This document shows, one piece after another, positions 58,101 to 64,000 of a stretch of 64,000 bases of DNA. The first letter of the stretch is position 1, and each line of letters starts with the position of its first letter. Below the pieces are notes generated by a model that did not search any database, was not told where the DNA came from, and worked only from the letters and a program-made list of their open reading frames with translations. A program made the position numbers and the translations under genes. Origin of the DNA: a virus (taxonomy: Duplodnaviria; Caudoviricetes); the IMG/VR virus record IMGVR_UViG_3300033463_000004, positions 96,001 to 160,000 of that record; one strand, 5' to 3'.

Positions 58101-59905
58101 GGACGATCATTTGTTGCAGTCATCTGCCATACGTCTGCTGCTGAACCAGATTGAATACCAACCCAATCGTACATTCCACCAATCAAGTCATTACCCCAGA
58201 AGAAGAAATTTCCATCAGTGGAATCAACTGTCGATGATGTCAATTGTTTTACATAACCGGCAGCTAAATCATATGCAGATTTAACAGCAGATGGTGTGGC
58301 TGCTAATGCTGTTGATGTTGATGATGTAGATGATGATAATTTGACAAGACCATATGCCGATGTTGTACCAGCTGGAACTGTTGCGGTTGTTGCAGATCCG
58401 GTAGATGGTGTTAATGTGACAACGTACGTTGCATCACTCGCAGCTCCTGACAATGAATATGTTGTATTCGTGTCACTACCAGGAATACCCAACGCAGTGA
58501 TATCCGCTTTCACAACTGCTGTAGAACCAGTGATATGTCCTTGTGCATCATATTTGAATTTCAAAAATGAATTCGATGTTACTGCAGTAACAGAATTCGT
58601 ATGACTTAAACGCACACCAGAATTGAATGTCACAGCACCATCATCGGTTCCAATTGTCGTTGTTGTAATTGTAGCAGTTATACCACCATTCGCCGTAACA
58701 GATGATGGTGATAATAAACTGATCCAATCTTGCCAAACAGTACTACTTCCACCGTTATCATTTTGACGATATAGCAACATATTTCCTGCATATGGCATAA
58801 GTTGAAATTTATCGGAACCAGAATCTCCCTGGATACCAATCCAGTCATAGCTTCCATTACCTAATAAATTATCACCATAGAAAAAACAAGATCCCGCGGT
58901 AGAATCAACTGTTGATGATGTAAATAATTTTGGTGCAAGGAATCCATCAAATTTAGTCGCAAAAATTGTACCAGATGCTGGTTGACAATAAATTGCCTGT
59001 GTTGTAAACGTCGTATCTGTCACAGTTGATGGTGCGAATCCAGCAGTTGCACTATTGGATGCACCTATTACGAGTGGACGATAATTTGTATATGTCGATC
59101 CAACTGCGGTTTGTGTAACCTTCGTATCAGTATTAGTATTCGTCTGACAATAGATATCTGTTGACGTACCGTTGATCTTAATTGTACCAATCTTTGTTCC
59201 AGAGGTGAGTACTTGTGTGAATGACGTCGTCCCAGTATTCAGAACTGTTCCTGATGTTGCCGGAAATGTTTGAATGATTTCAGAATTCGTCGATGAAACT
59301 TTGAATGTGTGGTACGATGTTCCAGGAGAATATAAACGGATCAAGCCCTCTTCATTGTCAGCTGTTCCTGAAGCTGTTGAATTACCTAATATCAACCGTG
59401 AATTACCGACTGCTGATGTTGTACCTTTGGTATGATTGAACTTAATTGATGCCATGATATTAACACCAGCAGTACCTGCGCCAGTTACAAACGTCGGCAT
59501 GTAAGAGGTGTCAGCAGTTGATGCAGGTAATAATGTCGCAGTAACCTTGGTATCAGTATTGGTATCATCGTGATAATCATTCATAATCCATGAGGTTCCA
59601 TCATATGTAAATGATACAATGGATCCAGCAGGCCATGATGCTGCAACAGTTGTACCAGGAACTGTTGTTCCATATCTATACACATTCTTTGCTGCAGTTG
59701 ATCCGACCTTTAATGTCGGTGAAGCAGCTGTATTTGAATATGTAAATTTGACATGGATTGTGACTCCGGATAATAATTTATCGAAATCTGCACATGTGAC
59801 AACCTTTGCTGCGGTTGCAGCTGCTGTGTCACATGTTCCATATAATGTAGAACCAATCAAGCCGGTACTACCGGCTGAGTCGGTTATCTTACCTACAAAC
59901 GGCAT
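55184..59905 (-). CDS. Tail fibre / receptor-binding protein (1573 aa)
   Basis: Thr/Ser/Gly-rich; tail-fibre repeat YGLVKLSSSTSSTSTALAATPSAVKSAYDLA, HTHSY and YLPLAGGTM motifs, repeated DAQGHITG modules. Confidence 0.8.
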   Translation of the reverse strand: MPFVGKITDSAGSTGLIGSTLYGTCDTAAATAAKVVTCADFDKLLSGVTIHVKFTYSNTAASPTLKVGSTAAKNVYRYGTTVPGTTVAASWPAGSIVSFTYDGTSWIMNDYHDDTNTDTKVTATLLPASTADTSYMPTFVTGAGTAGVNIMASIKFNHTKGTTSAVGNSRLILGNSTASGTADNEEGLIRLYSPGTSYHTFKVSSTNSEIIQTFPATSGTVLNTGTTSFTQVLTSGTKIGTIKINGTSTDIYCQTNTNTDTKVTQTAVGSTYTNYRPLVIGASNSATAGFAPSTVTDTTFTTQAIYCQPASGTIFATKFDGFLAPKLFTSSTVDSTAGSCFFYGDNLLGNGSYDWIGIQGDSGSDKFQLMPYAGNMLLYRQNDNGGSSTVWQDWISLLSPSSVTANGGITATITTTTIGTDDGAVTFNSGVRLSHTNSVTAVTSNSFLKFKYDAQGHITGSTAVVKADITALGIPGSDTNTTYSLSGAASDATYVVTLTPSTGSATTATVPAGTTSAYGLVKLSSSTSSTSTALAATPSAVKSAYDLAAGYVKQLTSSTVDSTDGNFFFWGNDLIGGMYDWVGIQSGSAADVWQMTATNDRPLFRQKDTDTWSDWVGLLTPGCITSGDNVITVTENSQTIGSGNTAVTVKYGVSLSHKTYTSKSSGVYKITVDGTGHVSAASALDATDVSGLINKLSTGSSTPVDADYYVSQYVGGGTSTTTYHRRPMSALWSYVKGKADSVYAPISHTHSYIPLAGSDQISGDLKFNATGKGIYLKDSGSNVYAGISDNGTNLWIGAKSSSVAGHVGKTYISTGYDSTNSKGNMTINVYLPNASNSSHSTEYPILHTGNLLAGTGLSIATAASTSYTGNTYTINHTDSVTAVTTAGLYKIKYNASGHITGTASVAASDLPSHTHPYLPLAGGTMDASATITIPSSNANSCRLTYYGTQFQVINSSWARGITVFSDDWSTAIGSFGAFSANNTETQYFYMGTAYNNTWLRLYKDSILLSDADNAGFVINYQPANLSSSYSGSFVKMIPGNSYGYGLFLGYTHGGITMISSGESGKNLFETAFDASLTPYSSAFSVTEERMIISSDTNITFITGSDSLSTTAHEDWTNLRTIYIDSQGVFCPSIDKKGQIGYSTARWNWGYFANVNISNSSWAPLTIHREGTGTAAIKFTNVNNNATQTLGYLALASTTGLFRHYLSNGSTYYDIIDTSVKAVSGAWFDKFPWIASDGAMGIGSGINFHTSDTATSTYDWNIAAASTTLKIQNSSKSWVFNSNGLLTIPGQISTIGNVYIKCKSSDKQRVTLADLMAHFISQGYIHASTWEHVIIQSKYSYDYNDILQFTVDGIYYEMHLCGATFEFIGMCENTGSHPPQSYGTYLLKITSGAEQRIGTITSGYYEFPSGHTATYHLSQNTNYNPHWTIDGYSNGREEIQPLLADQTWNNTSGGNVSNASVTCTDAIMTQWKLLYCVMTCTISTSSTDSGEGSYGFRFNFLIPIKYLLAVSGTGVSYNVGIGYHPNWGSSSSYGPHLTLNVGYSNNYTLTFTGSRWTSTSYYLKFKSIRIYGIM

Positions 59906-59929
59906 AAAATAACCTCCATTATTTTATTT

Positions 59930-60865
59930 TTAACTCTTAACAGCCACCACCGTCTTCGAAGAAACAGAAATATTCGGAATACTTCTTGCAGTGTATGAAA
60001 GAGATGGGAGCGTACCCGGATCCCAACTATCTGTTGTGATTGCATCAAATGTAATTGCGGTACCAAGAACTGGTAATGTACCGGCAGACCAAGAATCTGC
60101 GGAATTTACTTTGATAGCTGTACCGAGTGTTGCAGCAGATCCAGCTGACCATGCTGAAATATATGTTGCAGTTTTATCTTCTGTCACCACAGTTGCAGTT
60201 GGAGTTGCTATTGTCAATACACCTTCTGAAATGGTTGCTGATGGAACAGCATTGTTTATCGTCTTAACTGATTTTGCAGTAACATTTGATTTTGTCATTG
60301 ATGGCGCCGTTCCTGCTGATGTTACATTTGGAATAGTCTTTTCAGTTGGTGTTAATGAAGGTAGTGTACCAACTGATGTAACATTTGGAACAACTATTGT
60401 TTCAACAGTTACGCTTGGTAATGTACCGGCAGACCACGCAGTGATATCATCAGCGGCAATTGCTGTACCTGCAGTTGCAGACCCCACTGATGTAGTTGTT
60501 AAAGCGGGTTGATCATTTAATACCCAATATCCTGTACCGGATACTTCAACATATGTCACCGCAATGATTGCACCAGCAGGCCATGATTCAATCACAGTTG
60601 TGCCAGGTTTGACAATTGTTCCATCGATACCATAACGAGCAATTGTTTTTGCACCTGTTGAATTAATATTCAATGTTGGATTTGCTACAGTATTGGAATA
60701 TTTAAATCGAACATGTACAGTGACGCCAATGAGTAATTTATCAAAATCAGATAACGTTACAACCTTTGCAGCAGTTGCAGCTGCTGTGTCACATGTACCA
60801 TATAATGTAGAACCTACTAGACCAGTTGTACCACTGGTATCTGTTATTTTACCTACATATGCCAT
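59930..60865 (-). CDS. Tail-fibre-related protein with WSAGTLP repeats
   Basis: N-terminal ~110 aa paralogous to the 55184 gene; internal (W)SAG[TS]LP repeats. Confidence 0.7.
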   Translation of the reverse strand: MAYVGKITDTSGTTGLVGSTLYGTCDTAAATAAKVVTLSDFDKLLIGVTVHVRFKYSNTVANPTLNINSTGAKTIARYGIDGTIVKPGTTVIESWPAGAIIAVTYVEVSGTGYWVLNDQPALTTTSVGSATAGTAIAADDITAWSAGTLPSVTVETIVVPNVTSVGTLPSLTPTEKTIPNVTSAGTAPSMTKSNVTAKSVKTINNAVPSATISEGVLTIATPTATVVTEDKTATYISAWSAGSAATLGTAIKVNSADSWSAGTLPVLGTAITFDAITTDSWDPGTLPSLSYTARSIPNISVSSKTVVAVKS

Positions 60866-60878
60866 ATAGTTTTCCTCC

Positions 60879-62249
60879 TTATGGTGTTATACTTGAATCA
60901 AGCGTAAATGTTAATACACCTTGATTAATGTCACATGTTGTTGGATTTGGTGCATAGAGTTTCGTTCCATTCACAGAACCAATCTCAACACCAGACGTCA
61001 ATGTCTGTTGTACATCAACCGCAATCGCAACCGCATCATCTAAAAATTTTTTATCCGCATCAATCAGATTTGTACCATCATAATATAACACCGGATGCAT
61101 TTCCGTCAATGATATTTGATACGTGTTTCGTGGCATTCCAATATAAATATAATAGTACCCTGATCGAAGTGTTTGTGTTAAACCATTTTCCGTAACAGAC
61201 CAATGTCGATTTTCATCAAATGTTACTTCCCAATATATTGGTTTATACATCGTCCATCCAACTGTATCAGTGATACCGGTTGCTGAATAACGGGAATCAA
61301 TCGTTGTAATAATTGGAAATTCTGCGTCAGAACCTATCGCACTGCCTGATGCAACATTGGAGCTTCCAGAATAATAGTATATGTTTGGCTTATATCGGAA
61401 CTTTCCTGTTGTATAGAAAGACTTTGTTCCTGTACCATGTGTTGTTGTCAATGATTCCATTTGATCGTCTTTATTGATTGCGCACAATGAATATTGCTTT
61501 ACACCATTTGGTCCAGCTTTTAGACGTTCATTAACGTATGTCTGACTGTATGTATTATTGTCAGGAAGCGTTTGGTTTCCTGTAAACGCAATCGTGGAGA
61601 CAGAGAAGTTTGTTGAACTATATCCCGGAACGTCGGCAGGTTTCAAAGCATTATCATAGAACGTGAATTCACAACCTTGTTCTTCAAGTATCTCCAGAAC
61701 AATTGTACGTTTGTAACTCGCACTGGTTGGATTCGAGGATGATTGCATACCGATGCCAATTATGTTTCCATAATTTGTTGACGCATTATATCCGGCAGAA
61801 GTTAATCTTCCAATATAATGATAATATACTGGACGATACGATGTGTTCACCATATTATTGATGATATTATAAGACAACGCCGCTCTGGTGATTGTATATG
61901 TAACATCAGCATATGCCCGGTAGTTCACCTGACCAGGGACGTATATAAGAATTCGAAATCGGATGAATGCCGTATCGTCATACGTTGTAGGTCTCGCATA
62001 TCCAAAATAAAACACAGCACCCGTAGAATCATTTGAGGAGCCTATTACATCGGTAAATGTTTTGGATCTGATAATTAAATCATTTCGTGATGTACCATTA
62101 AATACTTCTGGTCGAAAGTCTTGATACCATTTTTGTATCTTACCCATCTGAGTTGCCAAATCTTCCGATGTTGATAACAGGTTTGCACGTGTCTGTTGTT
62201 CATGTAGCGTCATATTGACTTTGACGTTATCAAATTCCTTGTTCGACAT
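60879..62249 (-). CDS. Tail-fibre/baseplate-associated protein
   Basis: 456 aa, beta-rich; C-terminal LTSGVEIGSVNGTKLYAP is shared in style with the fibre repeats; RBS AAAGGAG. Confidence 0.6.
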   Translation of the reverse strand: MSNKEFDNVKVNMTLHEQQTRANLLSTSEDLATQMGKIQKWYQDFRPEVFNGTSRNDLIIRSKTFTDVIGSSNDSTGAVFYFGYARPTTYDDTAFIRFRILIYVPGQVNYRAYADVTYTITRAALSYNIINNMVNTSYRPVYYHYIGRLTSAGYNASTNYGNIIGIGMQSSSNPTSASYKRTIVLEILEEQGCEFTFYDNALKPADVPGYSSTNFSVSTIAFTGNQTLPDNNTYSQTYVNERLKAGPNGVKQYSLCAINKDDQMESLTTTHGTGTKSFYTTGKFRYKPNIYYYSGSSNVASGSAIGSDAEFPIITTIDSRYSATGITDTVGWTMYKPIYWEVTFDENRHWSVTENGLTQTLRSGYYYIYIGMPRNTYQISLTEMHPVLYYDGTNLIDADKKFLDDAVAIAVDVQQTLTSGVEIGSVNGTKLYAPNPTTCDINQGVLTFTLDSSITP

Positions 62250-62279
62250 ATACGGATAACATCTCCTTTCTGTAAAAAT

Positions 62280-62292
62280 TTACCGAAACGTT
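62280..62292 (-). promoter_or_regulatory. Candidate late promoter AACG-N6-TAA within a small inverted repeat
   Basis: AACGTTTCGGTAA lies between a terminator and the 62249 gene; ACCGAAA/TTTCGGT dyad. Confidence 0.45.
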
Positions 62293-62309
62293 TTCGGTGA
62301 TATAGTAAA

Positions 62310-62337
62310 AAGGTGCGGGGTTAATACCCCGCACCTT
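62310..62337 (-). terminator. Rho-independent terminator
   Basis: AAGGTGCGGGGT-taat-ACCCCGCACCTT with a T-tract on the minus strand. Confidence 0.8.
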
Positions 62338-62348
62338 AATTATATTTA

Positions 62349-64000
62349 TCAAACGACGTTCAATGTGAGAATATCCAATTCAATAACTGGATCATCACTC
62401 CATGTTCCATCTGCACGGAGATAATGCGTTCCGTTTGTTCCAGATGCAGCAGCAGGTACAAGACCGTGTGTGCCAGCGGCATTTGCTGTTGATCCAACAT
62501 AATCCGAATTATTGTTGGAACCAAGTTGATTCAAATACTTCCACTGAGCAGTACCTGAAGCAGAATATACTAAAATCTGATCTGCAGCACCACCTGTCGG
62601 AATATGTTTGTTTCCGGCTGTTGTTGGGTGTGTATATATCGTTAAATCTGAATCTGGTTTATCACTGTATTTGCGCGTGATAACGCCATTGGATTTATAT
62701 ATAACATCCAATAATGCAGATACCGAAGGTGATTTCAGTGATACGAACGTTGTACCACTCCAACGATATGTTGGACCATCATCTTTTACCGGATCACTCA
62801 GGTCAACATAGATTTTATCACGTGCAGGCGTGATCTCTTGTGTTTTTGCAGAATCAGAGTAAATCTTTCCTGCCGTAGAATCATAGTAACACTCAATAAC
62901 ATCATCGACATATGATGGCAAATAAATCGAGTTAACAACTTTTGCACCACCATCAGTGATAATCAAATCATTTGTCGAGTCAGGTTTTGCTGGAACAAAT
63001 GCTGTTGTCGGTTGATAAGCTGCGGTGTTCAAACCATGAATTGTGACAGATTGTGCAGTTCCACCAGAAGGTGTAACAGTAAACTTACCATTTGTCGAAC
63101 CTTCCGCAAATGTGTATGTTGTATCTGTAAACACAGCGTCTGAAGGAACAGACACATTTACATTACCACCGATTGTATAGTTGTTTACCTTACTGACGAT
63201 ATTTGTTGCAACGATTTCACCTGCATTTGTTGATAAGTAAACACCTGTGTCAGCAACAGATTCAACTGCTGCTGCTGTCGTCGTAGGTGTTGTTGTTGTA
63301 CCAAGTAAATATGCTTTATGTGTTTCATCTTTGGTAACATTGACTTTGGTATCAGTATTGGTATTCGTTTGACAATAGATATCTGTTGACGTACCGTTGA
63401 TCGTGATCGTACCAATCTTTGTTCCAGATGTAAGCACCTGTGTAAATGAAGTTGTTCCGGTATTCAGAATCGTACCAGCTGTTGCAGGTAATGTTTGTGT
63501 AACATCAGCTGTTGTTAATGAAGCAGATGTTAAGATATTTGCATATGATCCACTTGTAACTGCTAATGAACCAACTTGCAATCTACCCGCAGTTGTAGTC
63601 AAGAATACACCAGTATCAGCAATTGATTCAACTGCTTGGTTGGATGACGTTGGTGTTGTTGATGAACCTAATAAATATGCCTTTGTTGTTGTACCAAGCT
63701 TCATATTAACCTTGGTATCAACATTCGTTTGACAATACAGATCCGTCGATGTTCCATCAATCGTAATCGTACCAACTTTTGTACCAGAAGTCAGATTACG
63801 AGTAAATGAAACTGTTGATTTTCCTGATGCTAAATCATATGCCGATTTAACCGCCGATGGTGTTGCAGCAACAGTTGTAGATGTCGAATCTGTTGCAGAT
63901 GAAAGTGTTGTAATACCATATACAGATGTAGATGCCGTTGGAACAGTTGACGTTGTGGCTGATCCGGTTGACGGTGTTAATGTTGTAACCCATGTATTTC
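62349..64000 (-). CDS. Tail fibre protein (5' end beyond right edge)
   Basis: Frame stays open from 63704 to the window end (…YGITTLSSATDSTSTTVAATPSAVKSAYDLA…); LPSYVDDVIE, YRWSG, HPTTAGNKHIP and GLVPA...YLRADGTW fibre motifs. Confidence 0.8.
   Translation of the reverse strand, partial: NTWVTTLTPSTGSATTSTVPTASTSVYGITTLSSATDSTSTTVAATPSAVKSAYDLASGKSTVSFTRNLTSGTKVGTITIDGTSTDLYCQTNVDTKVNMKLGTTTKAYLLGSSTTPTSSNQAVESIADTGVFLTTTAGRLQVGSLAVTSGSYANILTSASLTTADVTQTLPATAGTILNTGTTSFTQVLTSGTKIGTITINGTSTDIYCQTNTNTDTKVNVTKDETHKAYLLGTTTTPTTTAAAVESVADTGVYLSTNAGEIVATNIVSKVNNYTIGGNVNVSVPSDAVFTDTTYTFAEGSTNGKFTVTPSGGTAQSVTIHGLNTAAYQPTTAFVPAKPDSTNDLIITDGGAKVVNSIYLPSYVDDVIECYYDSTAGKIYSDSAKTQEITPARDKIYVDLSDPVKDDGPTYRWSGTTFVSLKSPSVSALLDVIYKSNGVITRKYSDKPDSDLTIYTHPTTAGNKHIPTGGAADQILVYSASGTAQWKYLNQLGSNNNSDYVGSTANAAGTHGLVPAAASGTNGTHYLRADGTWSDDPVIELDILTLNVV

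Noticed and set aside
59120-63480. Possible diversity-generating retroelement TR/VR pair among the fibre repeats
   Set aside because: Both copies are coding, mismatches are mostly synonymous and not restricted to adenines, and there is no reverse transcriptase in the window.
1-64000. Alternative genetic code (stop-codon reassignment, or TGG read as Gly)
   Set aside because: Long genes are intact under code 11, ends coincide with terminators or coupled starts, and TGG occupies conserved Trp positions.
1-64000. CRISPR array, tRNA or rRNA genes
   Set aside because: No regularly spaced repeat-spacer units or recognisable cloverleaf/rRNA sequences were seen in the intergenic gaps.

Overview
This window is a 64-kb segment of a jumbo tailed phage genome, most similar in gene content to the phiKZ/AR9(PBS1)-type giant phages that carry their own split multisubunit RNA polymerases. 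The host is probably a Firmicute (strong AGGAGG-type RBSs, Amidase_2 endolysin, Firmicute-type holin, M23 and NlpC/P60 wall hydrolases). 1-35.1 kb (mostly minus strand) is a virion morphogenesis block: two tandem giant paralogous tail-hydrolase/tape-measure-like genes (the first runs off the left edge and is absent from the ORF track), a neck-like protein, a T4 gp23-like major capsid protein, a gp21-like prohead protease, a gp25-like protein, an RNAP beta C-terminal subunit, and many presumed internal head proteins with QE-type maturation sites. 35.4-50.5 kb (mostly plus strand) holds a Zn-finger PD-(D/E)XK nuclease, an intein-interrupted endolysin, a PolB fragment, a GyrA/ParC subunit, an SF2 helicase, holin-like genes and a DHH phosphoesterase. 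50.9-64 kb (minus strand) holds the RNAP beta' C-terminal subunit and a tail-fibre cluster that runs off the right edge. The most notable observations are: an endolysin whose predicted Zn-ligand cysteine is the +1 residue of an intein with a decayed homing endonuclease; twin tail proteins carrying completely different hydrolase cassettes; a portable propeptide plus amphipathic-helix module on several head proteins; a candidate ~370-nt structured ncRNA; and repeated back-to-back early/late promoter motifs. All assignments come from motif recognition by eye; no database searches were run.
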